64,000 bases of DNA, taken from NCBI GenBank assembly GCA_951406725.2, contig OX597815.1, positions 104,222,001 through 104,286,000 of the forward strand, given 5' to 3'. The position numbers and the translations under genes were made by a program. Positions 51,079-64,000 of the stretch are shown here, piece after piece. This stretch comes from Octopus vulgaris (Eukaryota). The notes beneath the pieces were generated by a model, which saw only the letters and a program-made list of their open reading frames with translations, searched no databases and was not told the DNA's origin. Positions within the stretch are counted from its first letter, which is position 1, and every line of letters begins with the position of its first letter.

Positions 51079-52375
51079 GAGGTGGTTGTGGTGGCGGTGG
51101 AGGAGATAACATTAGTAACCGGGACAAAATGAGTAATTTCTGATTTTCTGTTACTTTCTCTTCTCATGTTTGAAACCATTACATTGCAAGTATAGCATCA
51201 TTATTTTGTACTGTTGCATCATCTTTTGGAGACAACTTAACTTATCTTGGCTTAGTTACTTTGTCCCATCTAAACTTATCTTTTATATGCTCAAAGAGAA
51301 CGGTGATATTTTTCTGAAATATTCTTCTGAATATGTCATAGTGTTTTGAATGCATTTAGAGGTCATTTGTGTAGCTGATATAGTTTTTGTAAGATAGTGA
51401 ACATTCGTGAAAATAATATTTTTTCCTCAGAGTCAAAAAATATAGTAAAAATTCCTCACTACCCACCCTCTCTCTCTCTCTCTCTTTATAGCTTCCCAAC
51501 CAGATGGTTCTAGGTTCAGGCCCACTGCGTGACACCTTGGGTAAATATCCTACTAATAGCATCGGGCTGACCAAAACCTTGTGATTGGATTTGGTAGACG
51601 GACACTGAATGAAGTCCGTCGTGTGTGTGTGTGTGTGTGTGCGTGCGTGTGTGTGTGTGTGTGTTTGATATTCAGGAAGTAAATTTGATAGATAACAGTG
51701 TCAGGAAATGCAATTTATGAAACAGAATGAAGTGGGTTTTTAAAAATATTTTATTTATAGAACAGTGAATAAAACGTTAGCTGTTTCAATCTTGACATTT
51801 CAAATATAATTTCTCATACAAACACAAAACCATACATTTGTAGGGGAACAGTAAAGTTATTTGAATTGACCTTAGTAAATGGTTGGTATCTATTTTAGCG
51901 TCTGAGAAGAAGGAATTAAAGGTAACGCTATTCCTCGTGTCATTTTAACAGGGAACAGAGACGAAACCAATTACCCGAAGATATTTACTGTAATGGCCTG
52001 TTATTTTTATCATTCCAGTATTTTTCTAAGTGAATAATAATGAATAAAAGGCAAAAACATTATTTTAAAAATTATATCTCTGTCGATTGTTTGAGGTGAA
52101 CAAAACGAGCAGGAATTATGCCATAAACAATGATTTCATTGGTATTTTATTTATCGACCCTGTAAGGGACAAATATCAAAGCGAAACCGACTGGATTTGA
52201 ACTCACAACTTAAGGAGCTGTACGAAAATACCAAGCTACCACCTCCAAAATAAAGAACACAAATATTTATTAACAGGAATACCAATTTTATGTATTACTT
52301 TTATTTGCAATATGTAAAAAAAAAAACCCACAATAAAACGGGAATGTGGTAAATAGAAGTGACATACCTACACAA

Positions 52376-53280
52376 GAGTGCTCCCCCGACTTCGTTTCCT
52401 CATAACTTCTAGAATGGATATTTTCTAATGAATTTTTTAGGTTACAAATACGCTTCAGATGGTGTAGATTCCGATTATATCGGAATTTATTGTGACAAAA
52501 TTTGTCCGAGGGTAGGGAAAGAAGTTTCAGAAAATTCACACAAAGTGACTTTATTTCCTAATAACTTTTTTAAAAAGTAGGTATTTTTTAAATGAAATTT
52601 TCTACAAATACCTTTCAGATCGCGTAGATTATGATTATATATATATATATAGTTATATCATTTGATAGCTTAATCATATATCAATTAATTAGAATCCATA
52701 AACACATATAAAACATCTAAGGGTATATTTTCCTCTGAAGATATTATGGTCTGGCCATATAAATTTAATATTTACTGAGTATTAATTGAAACAGCTGTAA
52801 GGGATGATGATTAATTTACTGTTAATAATAAACAATTATTAACTTTCCGGTCTCCATTTCCTTTATATATATCATTGGGCTCACACGCCTGCATACCGAC
52901 GCACATTACATGTGTCTACAAAATGAAATTTGAAATTCCGAAAAAAAATTGTGGTATGTGTCAGAATGTATGTGTGCGTGCTCACTGTTTTTTCTTTTTT
53001 TCACTTCAAATTCCGATATGATCGTAACCTGCCCATCCTAAAAGGTATTTGAAGAAAATTTCATTAAATATACCTGTTTCTTAGTTATGAGGTAACAAAG
53101 TCAATTCGCGTGAATTCTCCGAAACTCCTCTCCCCACCGCTTGGAAGATTTTTTTTTTCACAACAAATTCCGATATAATCGGAATCTACATCATCTGAAG
53201 CGTATTTGTGGAGAATTTCATTAGGAAATAACTATTTTTCTGAAAGTTATAAGGAATCAAAGTCGGAGTGGGGTACACAT
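52376..53280. repeat. Diverged long inverted repeat with internal tandem unit
   Basis: ACAAATACGCTTCAGATGGTGTAGATTCCGATTATATCGGAATTT (about 52445-52490) is inverted at about 53165-53210; arms about 260 bp. Confidence 0.7.
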
Positions 53281-53986
53281 TTGTGTGAGTATGCCATAAA
53301 ATTAATATGCATTGCACCAAGGGATACTCGTATTCGCATCTAAAATTTTTTAAAGCATACCGAAACACTCTCAGCATTACCGAGGGTGATCGCGATGTTG
53401 GGGAGCTGGCACCATCACGAATATTATTTCAGACATTGATGAATCAAGACGCTAACAAAGTTATGAAGTTCCTTGTCAGCATTCAGCTCAGCAAAACATC
53501 GAAATGCCACAGGTTGAAAAATGTAATTTACACACAAATTACCGTATTTCAACATCATAAGAAAAATAATATCAATATGCATCTATACCTGAGAATTATA
53601 GTGTATTATATCGATTTCAAATTTTGGCATAAGGCTACATATTTTGATGGGTGAGGAGATAACGAACTAGTACTTGATTAGTTCTTATTTTATCAAACCC
53701 GGAAGGATGAAAGGCAAAATTGACTCCGACAGAATGTGAACTTAGAAAGCTGAAACTAAATAACACTCTAAAGATCCTGTCAATCAATCGTCACAAAATA
53801 TATTATGGCATATATATAAATTAATCTGTAAATGAGAATTATATTGTAATTTTAATAAGTTACCACAGTGATTTGAAAAAGGGATTGGGAGTGCCAAGTG
53901 GTAATTAATGGAACGAAGGGGAGATAATTATTAGTTGACTTTAGCTTAGTCAATCTTTAATAACGAAAGCGGATAAAGAGAAGTAA

Positions 53987-53996
53987 CGCCATATTG
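53987..53996 (+). promoter_or_regulatory. YY1-like motif near the probable TSS/5' UTR
   Basis: CGCCATATTG about 50 nt upstream of an ATG in good context (AAACATGG). Confidence 0.35.
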
Positions 53997-54046
53997 TGTT
54001 GAGGCGAGACAGAAGAAGAAAGTTCGTGTAAATACACAAAATAAAC

Positions 54047-54734
54047 ATGGAAGACATGTTAATTGTTGTGAAAAACCCGAAGTATTATTCAGCGAAAGAA
54101 GAAGGGGAACTCTCAGATGACGATGAAGACGGAATAGTTCGTAATGAAGGCCGTGGTGAAACAGACGAGAACAAACCAGTAGAAAACAACAACAACAACA
54201 ACAAACATTATTGTAGGAAACCTCCATTGTTTAACAATCATTCCAGAGGTATTTTTGATAAATTTGGTAACAATATGAGAGATCCTTCCTGTGGTAATGG
54301 TGCTCCTTTCCCATTGTCTCCAAACCGTAGCGGTGAAGACGGCCCAAGTGGGTACTTCAAAAAGCGGCGACCACCCCCGCCACCTTCGTTATCTTGTGGT
54401 ATGATGAATCCGGGTGGCCGTAGAGACAACAGCAACCCTATGTCTTCTGACATGTGTGGTAGTAATTCTAATACAAGTGTTAGTGGTGGTTACTGGGCAC
54501 CTCCGCCACCTTTAAGACCACATCACCCGTCACGAATTCCTCAACAAATGCCACCGATGTCTCACCACCCGTATCGTCCTTCGCCTCCAAGGTGTCCAGG
54601 TGGACCGGGTGTTGAGAACCTTGGCCCTGGAGGACATGGTCAGATGCCTCCTGGTAACAGAGATGGTCTTCCTCCTGGGCCTTGGCAAGACAATCGTCGA
54701 TACGGTCCTATGACTCCTCGCAGTAATTTTCAAT
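54047..54734 (+). CDS. First coding exon of a host gene; acidic EEGEL motif then Pro/Gly-rich disordered region; possibly ZFC3H1-like
   Basis: 229 codons plus 1 nt of non-repeat, GC-elevated ORF ending at a GTATCCTTT donor; SAKEEGELSDDD motif. Confidence 0.85.
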
Positions 54735-57700
54735 GTATCCTTTTTTTTCACTCTTTTTTTTCATTCTTGAGTAATCAACATTAAACTGCTAAACATTTAT
54801 TGCTGTATTCATTCTCTCCTCGGATAATTGCAATGTTTTATATACATTTCTATATTGTATAAGTTAACGGTAAGATGTTTGTTTACATTATAACGTATAT
54901 GACGAGCGACATATCCGATTATTTTTAAATTCTTTAAAAAATTTTATATCGTTAACATTGTTGATTATCTTAAAGTAAAAAAAAAGAAAAAATTGACAGT
55001 AGTCATTTAATATTAGGTACAAACCATTTTAGAAACCTTTCGTAGGTTAGTTTGTATTGACGCAGTAAACATGAAATGTAATTCACATTAAGTATTTGTA
55101 GCTGAGTTGTGAAAGCAAAAATTTAAATTCAAAATTTTTTTTTTATAACAATCATCAGTTCTCCTTTCCATGTTATATGTATTTTTTTTCAAGATATATC
55201 TGTATGAATAGATATAATAATTATTTTAACATTTTCTTGAAGAGTTCGACTCTAGAAAGATAAATGCAAAGTAGACATGTATCTTGCGTGGCCAAACTGC
55301 CACATATTTTACAGAAAATAAAAAGGACTCGTATTTTATAATACTTTTATATTGTAAGCAATTCCTCTTGTTCTAATGTAACTTAATAGGTTTCTCTAGA
55401 AATGTCTGTTATTAAGGAATATTAGTGAATACAAGGAAGTTGTAAACATTTTGGTACCACAGTTCTGACCATTTCTTAGGTCTGTAGGAATCAAAGGGAA
55501 AAGATGAAGTGGAAAAAAAAATCACATATTTAAAAATAAAACCGTAAAATGTGATCTTTTTCATGCTGTTGCCATTTTGATATTTAAATGTAATGTGACT
55601 TTTTCTTGCTCGTTCGCTGTTTTAGAAACTAAGTTTGTTGTTTATCAAGTAAACAGACTTCTGTTGAAAGGCGTTCCAATCGTTACCATCCCATCTTTTT
55701 GTATATTTAAAATTAAATCCTACATTATGGCCTACCTTTCCAAGACAGTAGGGTGTAATTTGATGGTTTTAGGTTGTTATTGCTTGCAGATCGATCGACC
55801 GCATATTAAAGGCAATTTTTTGCTTGAACTATGGTTTCGACTGTCAGCAACAGAGAAGTTAATTCTCAATCTCTTGTTTATTCCCATATTACCATAATTT
55901 AAATGAAATATTCATTTGTAACTTATGTTACTACTAAAATAATTTTGTAGTTTTCCTCAAGTTTTAATTAAAAGTTGGAAGGAATTTAGATACTAAATCG
56001 TTACCAGATTATTTCGAGTAAACTTTTCAATTCTTATATATAAATTTCATTCAATGTAATCTTTCCTGTCTACTTAAATTTTATGTTTGAACAAATTTTT
56101 AATCCTTAGAAGCAATGGTTAATATAGTCTCTATTTTTTCTTATAGTATTATAGATTCCAACTTTGGTATTAACTTTGTCATTGATAGTTTTTTTTTTTA
56201 ACATTAAGTTTGGTTTTATGCTTGCTTGTAATTTCATTTATAAAGCGACGACAGCATACAATGGTACCAAAAGGTAGCCTGTTGAATTAGCCATGCATGA
56301 ACTGTTTTCAAACAATCTGAGGAATATGTCTTATGACGAATATGAGTCTGTGGTAACTAAAATTAAATTGGATTCGAAAATAGTGTGTACCGTCTCCACT
56401 GTCGTTGCTTGACGTAGACTTAGTTTCTATTTCTAGCATATTTAAAAACCTCTATTTAGTTCCCTTGCTGGGATTATTTGTCTTACTGAGTCTCTCCTCC
56501 TTCCATTCTTCTAGTCCTTTTTAAAAATTATTTTTACTGAAAAATACTAGTTTTCCTCAATGGCAACATTCTGCTCTTTTAAAACAAATTATATTTATTC
56601 TGTTCACTACTACATTATAATTCATATCGGTGAGTAATTTCTTGACCTGCTAAAGAAAATCTCACTATTGTTTTCGAAGGAAAAGGCTGGCTCATAAGCT
56701 CCCCCGCCAAATCCTGTAGTGGCTTTTAGTCTGTTCACTCGTGATTGACCTGTGGCTAAGCAATAGGAGTAACAAATAGAATAAATTATATATCTCAGAT
56801 ATTGAATTTATAGTTTTGCCCAAACTATAACTTCTTTTCACTCAATGCAGGCTATTCTAATATTAGATATCTTAGAATTATTTTCTAGAAGGCTAAACGT
56901 TTTCTATATTTTTGTAGCTCACTGGAAACATTATTATCATATTGTTCGAAGAACGCCTTAATAATAATTATCATTATAATGATACTGATACTATTTTCAT
57001 TAATGTAAAACTATTAACTTTTGTCGTGGAATTATTGCGGATGAGCCGTTGGAACAGCACTAAATGTTTGGTCTCTAGTCATTCTGATATCGAGTGTAAC
57101 TTAATCACTGGTCTACCCTATAAGGACAAAATAATTTAACGTAGCTTCGCGTTTATTTTTCTTTACTTTCATGATTTAGACAACTCTCCACTTGTTGGTG
57201 TTCTTTGTTAGCCCTCCTAACATCAGCTAGCATTTACCGCTCTCCCCTCCCGTATTTTCCTTTGCCCGCAGGATCGCTTTGCACATCTTTACCTGTCATC
57301 CGCCATGCGCATCGCATGTCCGTTCCCACAGTCTTCCCTCGAGCAACCACATTTGATTCCTCTACTCTCTCTCTTTCTCTCACACGCTGCTTTCGATTTA
57401 TTTTGAACTGTTACTTTCATTTTGATTTGTGCACGCCTTCTTTTCTTTCTCTGACAGTCACCATCGATAACGTGTAACTCCATTACTTTCATACAGAGGC
57501 CATTTGATCTTTTCTGAAAAATAATACCCAATTAAAAAGAAACAAACTTGCATAATGTTGTAACAGATATATGTATAGTCACGAGTAGAATGCTTATTAC
57601 TCATATGATGCCTGTTCCATTAGGGCTGACCTGAACAGCAGTATTGATTTTCTAGGAAAAACTTCATAAATTATAAGGCTTCTTACATCCACCCACCTCC

Positions 57701-58539
57701 TCTTTTGACTAATAACGTTATTAAAAAGGAAAATATTTGCTCATAATTCCATCAAAAGTGTTCTTTATTGAATAAAATGGTTTTTATTTTATAATATAAG
57801 ATATATTGCAATTCTTTTACAAAAATATGTATATAGATGTTCTAAACCTGTAAAAGTAGTACCAGTGCAAACCCCAAATAGATATTATCAATATCAATTA
57901 CTTCCATTATCGAACACGCACATGTTGATTTACTGGTTGCTGAGGAACACTTTATGACAATATAAAAATTACGTATCAGTGGATTCAGTTAATTTATATT
58001 ATGTTGCACTCTTGTGAGCAATAATGTCAACTGACTAGACATTGGTTCACTGCATTTTTGACAGTGAGAATGAAATGGCCGTATCTCTAACACCAATGTC
58101 TTTAGTTAGAAGAGTACCGTTTTTCTCATATACATTACTGAAAGATATATATACACATACATCACACACTTTCCATGATCACTTACCCCCTTGTCACCGA
58201 ATTGTCTTACTCTTCCCCATCCACTCTTGCAACCCAACAACTTATCTCTCTTGTCCTTCTGTTTACTGTATCTTCAATATTCTGCTGCTGCTCTGCACTA
58301 TTAAACATCCCCTATGTCCCTACTCCTTGCTTCTCTCTATCCCGCTCATTCCTTCCTATCACATACCTTGAAGGTCCACTCTGATATGTCATCACCACTA
58401 TTTTAATTGCTTCCCACCCTTTTAAAATGTGAGTAGTTATGTAGTTCCTCTACAGCTAGAAATCTGCTTCTTTTCTCATTCTTTACGTATCTCTGCTCAT
58501 CTCTTAGCATAAAGTTGCTCCCTTTGGGCCTCATCTAGT

Positions 58540-59072
58540 AGGCTACAAGGCAACACTAGTGCTGGTTGTGTAAAATATATCTAGTATATGTTGTAATGTG
58601 GTTGGCATCAGGAAGGGCATCCAGCCATGGAAACCATGCTAAAGCTGACACTTAAGTGCAATGCAGATCTTGGGCCCATTGGATCTTCATACTGTCCAAT
58701 ACATTCCAGCATGTAACATAAATGTTAAATTATAGATGTGTGTTTATATGTATATATATATTTATATTTAGTAGTGATAGGGTTCCAAAGAATCAAACAG
58801 ATCTATTTAGTCTCTGCCAAGTGCATAGCTAACCGGAATGACTGTTGAGGTTATGTATTTATATATGTATACATGTTTATGTATGTATATATATATATAT
58901 ATCCTCATTTAATGTCTGTTTTCCATGCTGGGATGAGTTCGATGGTTTGGCAAGCTGGTAAGGCCAGGGGCCACTAGGCTACATTGTTCTGGCATAGTTT
59001 CTATGGGTGATGCCCTTCCCGATGTCAACCACTTGAAGTGTACTGGGTCCTTTTTATGTGTCACCTGGACCA

Positions 59073-59113
<41 letters not shown>

Positions 59114-59335
59114 CACACCAACCAATTGTGTCTGTTGCCAGCCTCCTCTGGCTCCTGTGTCAGTGGCAGCTAAAAAGCACCCACTACACTCATGGAGTGG
59201 TTGGCATTAGGAAGGGCATCCAGCTATAGAAACACTACCAGATCAGACTGGAGCCTGGTGCAGCCTCCTGGCTTACCAGACCCCAGTCGAACCGTCCAAC
59301 CCATGGAAAACAGACATTAAACGATGATGATGATA
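58540..59335. mobile_element. Cluster of three family D SINE-like fragments (+, -, +)
   Basis: GTGGTTGGCAT(C/T)AGGAAGGGCATCCAGC near 58598 and 59198, reverse copy at about 58905-59070; GATGAT tail. Confidence 0.75.
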
Positions 59336-61802
59336 TATAGTGTGTATGTATGTACACACACTCACATATAAGTGAAGGCATAGATGTGTAGTTAAGAAGT
59401 TAGCTTCCTTACCATATGGTTGAGTCCCACTGTTTGATGCTTTAGGCAAGTCTACTATAGCGTTGGGCCAACCAAAGCCTTGAGAGTGAATTTGGTAGAG
59501 GGAAACTGAAAGAAGCTTGTTATATCTATCTCTCTTGTATAAGAATATAAAATGTCTGAGTTTACACTTGCACTTTGAAAATTGTGAGCTAATGGTGTTG
59601 TTGCTATTATATCAGCAAAATTGCCTTTGCTTTATAGCTTTGAAGATGTGTGAATAGACCTCTTCCTTGAAAACAGGTGCAGATTAGTGACTGAAAGGGC
59701 ATCTGGCTATAAAACAACACCTGAATAATATATTCAGATAACCCATGCAGGAAAGAAAAATGGATGAACAAAAATACATTCACATACATGTTTGTGTACT
59801 TACATTGTATACATACATGTACATATGTTTATATTTGTATGAGGTTAGTTGAAATTTAGGATTGCATTGGACTTTACCAGACACTTAGTAAACTTGATTT
59901 TTCTTGTTTCAACATTCTGTCATCCCAACCACTTAACAGAAAAGTTTCTAGTTTCATGCTGCCATTTGTCCATTACTATGACCTGAACATTACAATAACA
60001 CTGGTTTGATTTTTGGTAGATGTTTACTTCAGTACAATCTTTAGTATTAGCCTCTATATTTTAATGAAAATTATCACTAGTTGTTATTTGATCTCTATGT
60101 GTTGTGGAAGTTATCTGATTTAAGGAGTGACGTTGTCCACTCCTAGTTTTCATAAGTTCTTTACCATTAAAATAGCAGGATTTTTTTTTACATTGGTTAC
60201 TGTTGAAATATTTCAGATCATCAGTCTAAACAATACTCACTTACAAAATTGGTGAGAAAACTTCTGCTTTAAATATAACACTTTTAAATTTACAGAGATA
60301 CATTACAGATTGATATGGTGAGGTGGCATAAAGCACTCTCCTTGTGAACATTTTGATATGGGTCCTATTATTTTCAGAGTTTCTCACACAATTCTTTAAG
60401 GAATTTCTTCTCTGGCAGCATTGTGTCTAACAAAATGCCATGTGTTATTTACTTATGACTCTTTACAACCTAGTTTCAAATCCAGCTGAGGTCAGCTTTG
60501 CCTTTCATCCATCCAAGGCTAATAAAATAAGTTATAGTCAAATACTAGGTTGATAACGGCTAACTCCCTTCCCCTAAATGTCAGTCCTTATGCTTGTGTT
60601 AGAAACAATTGTAACTTCTTTTGTGCATTTTACAACTTGGTAGACAAATCTTTAGTTAGACATTCTGTCCTTCCCCTTTTTGTTTTTCATTATCAAAATG
60701 AACTAGATATAAAGATTACATTCTATTAAAAACATGTAAGTTAGGCATATCTTGACTGCCCCACTCTAATTTTGAGGTACCACCCATTACTACCATGCTT
60801 TAGCATTACTTGTTTCTTTGTCTTATTCTTCTTTTAGTTTCAGATTTCTAACAATATTATGTCCCGCTTTAATAAATTTCTATTGCAGTTCAAAAATTTT
60901 AAACTTATTCACACACATGGACTTTTATTTATGTGCATACATTGCTGACAGCTTTATAAATCATTACACATGACAATAGTTGTTAAGGTTACAGAAGCAA
61001 TACGGTAGTAATCCTTTCTACTTTAAACACAAGACCTGTAAATTTTCAGGGAGAGGGACTGGTGCTGAACTGATACTTGCTTCATCACCCCTGAAAGATG
61101 AAAGGCAAAGTCAATCTCAGCAGAATTTTAACTCAGAACAGAGACAAATGAAATGCTTTTAAGCAATTTGGGTAGCATGCTGATGATTCTGCCAGCTTGC
61201 TGTTTTAATGCTGTCTAGAATAATGGCAGTGTTTCGAAAAATTGAATCCCTTAAGTCTCACTGGTAGTATATTATTTGTGATAATTCAGATATAATACTG
61301 TATTATATATTTATTCAGCTTGAGCATAAGCACAACTGCACCATAAATCCCTCAAATTTCATTTCACTATCTTAAAAACAGCAGGTTATAATATTTAATG
61401 TTGTTCCAGATACATAACAGAAAATCCCTCACAAACTTGAGTGGTCTTCATTAGAATACTTTTCATCAGATGTTTCCTAAACAAGAGCTGAACTATGGCA
61501 TATCAACATCTTGACTCCTTCCACCTTTTCAGAAACATGATTTTATTTGAAAGGTTATAAGCATGATAATATATGATTTTCATAGATTAACAGTGATGCT
61601 AAGTTGTGATGTGAATTTTCTAATAGAATTAGTGACAAAAATGTGATCAAAATGCTTTGTCACAAGTTTCTTACCATCTCAGCTTATCAATCTGTCATGA
61701 ACACAACTTTCATTGTTATCAATTTTATAAAAGACTTTTGATAAGACTTTTCCAGTTGTGACTAATCCTCCTTTTTGACAAACAATATTGACTAGTACTA
61801 CC

Positions 61803-62699
61803 ATGGTTGGAGGAAGAGTTGTGATGTAACAAAAGTAGTATTGTCATCTCTAAAGCAAGCTCTAGTGTTTTAGATCAAGTATGATTTTTAAAATTGACTT
61901 CCCCATATGTTTTACAGGATTGTCTCCCTTGATGTTCACAAGGCACTATTAAACTGGCCTTTTTTGCTTTTATTTTTATCTTGTGTATTGAGATAAAAAT
62001 ACATAATTACAAATTGTTGACCTCTTCTCTATATTGCTGTTGTTCATACTACATTGACAATTTGTTGTTATTTAACCCTAAGTCAACTTTAATCCTGTTC
62101 AAAGTATTTTCTCTTGAAACCAGATGTGGCTATGTGGTAAGAAGCTTGCTTCCCAACCACATGGTTCCGGGTTCAGTCACACTGCATGGCACCATGGGAA
62201 AGTGTCGCCTACTATAGCCTTGGACTGACCAGTCTTGTCAATGAATTTGGTAGATGGAAACTGAAAGAAACCAGTTTTGTGTGTGTGTGTGTATATACAT
62301 GTTTTGCATAAAATGTGACCTCGTGTGTACCGTTGGCGATTTTTTTTGTTTCCTCTGTCTTCCCTTCTCTGGATCTTTCCTTCTATGTTTCCGATGAAGA
62401 GCTCCGCTCAAAACGTTAAACCATCCTTCTTTCCTGAGCGTCCAATAATACTATATTTGTTCCATGTCCTCGCGTTGCTGTGTTTTTTTGTGTTTTGTTG
62501 TTTGGATTAACTTTATATATATATACACACACATAGCTTAAAAATATCTCATGTTAACAAAAAATGTAATTAATAAGAAAAGAATAGTTGAATTCAATTG
62601 TTCAAAATGTAATTGAATGGTTGGAGGAAGAGTTGTGATGTAACAAACGTAGTATTGTCATCTCTAAAGCAAGCTCTAGTGTTTTAGATCAAGTATGAT
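61803..62699. repeat. 83-bp direct repeat pair (61803-61885 and 62617-62699)
   Basis: One mismatch seen between the copies. Confidence 0.92.
62387..62421 (+). ncRNA. Mutated minimal hammerhead motif (family of 34331)
   Basis: GTTT CCGATGA A GAGC-TCC-GCTC AAAA CG TT AAAC; G12 replaced by A. Confidence 0.5.
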
Positions 62700-63921
62700 G
62701 AATTTTTTCTGCATTTTAAGTTCTTTGTTATTCTAACACTTAAAGCTGTTTAAAAAAATAATTGTTTAATTAGATACTTTGCCTCAAATTAAATATAATA
62801 AATTAGACATCACTCATTCAAGTCTTAATAAAATCAAAATTTGGTACCCATCATTCCCTTGATAAATAGAATCTTTCTCCTCCCTAGTTATGATTTCTGA
62901 TGACACTTCGGTTATATATTTTATGGAGAGAGTAATCTACCATAGTGATATCTCCATTGCCTTATATGTTTTTTTCTCTTTTAAGAGCACTATTTTTTTT
63001 TTCTAATTTTAAATTTCCCTGTTTATTCCTTGATTTGCATATTTCTGTATAATTCAGCTTCAGAGCAAATGGTTTTATTTAAACCTATGCATTTGATAAT
63101 TCGTCTGCTGAGTCTTTGAAATATTTTTATATACATACTTACCCCAATTATCCACATTAACAATATTTAGATCACCTTCACACAGGTCATATTTGAAAGC
63201 ATTGTGAAGAAAAAATTATGAACATACTTTAAGTTCAACAATATAATAGTCATTATTATTATTGCCTTTATTAAAAACTCAGGATCGATCTTTCCATGAA
63301 GGTATTTCTAATGAAATACACTATGCTTCTTTAAAATATTTTTGTAAATTACTAGACTTCTGATGGGTTTAGTAACATAACTAATTTTATTCATTGAAGT
63401 TGGTGTTTGGAATCTAATAAAAACATTTTGCATAAAATTATAAAGGGCAGTTTTAATTAAAATATGAATGCTTAAAAACAAGCACTTTATATTGTAAAAC
63501 CAGTGGGTTGACATAGTATGTTAAGTAGGCCAAAATAAGTTTTTTTTCTGTTCCTTGATTTCATTGCAGATTCACTACAAATTTCTGGTTAAGCTGTATA
63601 TTTTTACTTTATATATATATACTATATATATATATACACACACACACATGGTTAGACCTGTTACACTGAGACAAGTTATAGAGATGATTAGCAATGTAGT
63701 TAATTGTTTATCAGATAATTTATAATCTCTAAATTGCCATCCATATCAGCTGTCCTCCGGTTTTTAATTGTTACTCCTACCAATTTTAGTTTTTCTTACA
63801 TTGTTCTTAATGTTACAGTCTATATTAGCACACGCAGTTGTGTGTTTGTGTATATATATATATATACTATGATTTCATATGTATATGAATGTCTGTTGTT
63901 ACCCTTAACAATTAATTTCAG

Positions 63922-64000
63922 TATGGGAGAAGAAACGGAGAATGCGTGAGAGTCGTGGATCGCTGTTTTCTGTTGGTGCTCATCAAATGTCATCTCTCAA
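63922..64000 (+). CDS. Second coding exon (partial) of the gene starting at 54047
   Basis: T|TA join reads ...NFQ-LWEKKRRMRESRGSLFSVGAHQMSSL, open to the window end. Confidence 0.78.

Larger units (their letters stand above)
54735..63921 (+). other. U12-type (minor spliceosome) GT-AG intron, 9187 bp, phase 1
   Basis: 5' site GTATCCTTT; branch point CCTTAAC at 63903-63909; CAG at 63919-63921 without a polypyrimidine tract; the join keeps the frame open. Confidence 0.85.

Noticed and set aside
54735-54784. Treating 54047-54784 as a complete single-exon gene
   Set aside because: The last 16 codons are T-rich intron sequence after a consensus U12 donor

Overview
AT-rich, repeat-dense animal genomic DNA. 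The SINE families and microsatellite landscape look like an Octopus (coleoid cephalopod) genome, which is an inference. Most ORFs in the supplied track are microsatellite artefacts. Supported content: (1) a complete, apparently very young CsRn1-type Ty3/Gypsy LTR retrotransposon on the minus strand (38969-44860), with 584-bp LTRs that look identical, a GTTG TSD, a tRNA-Trp PBS, and a GGGAAAC slippery site plus pseudoknot between gag and pol; (2) a 5'-truncated but stop-free CR1/L2-group LINE in a (TA)n tract, plus decayed RLE-type, Tx1/L1, CR1 and RTE LINE relics; (3) several SINE families, two MITEs and Helitron-like ends; (4) three distinct families of minimal type-I hammerhead-ribozyme motifs in Penelope-like/retrozyme-type repeats, one with a G3-C8 swapped core; (5) an inverted duplication (45756-51078) whose left arm carries a short non-autonomous LTR element; (6) the start of one host gene on the plus strand (EEGEL motif, possibly ZFC3H1) whose first intron (54735-63921) has full U12-type minor-spliceosome signals. 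All alignments were done by eye, so boundaries of decayed repeats are approximate.
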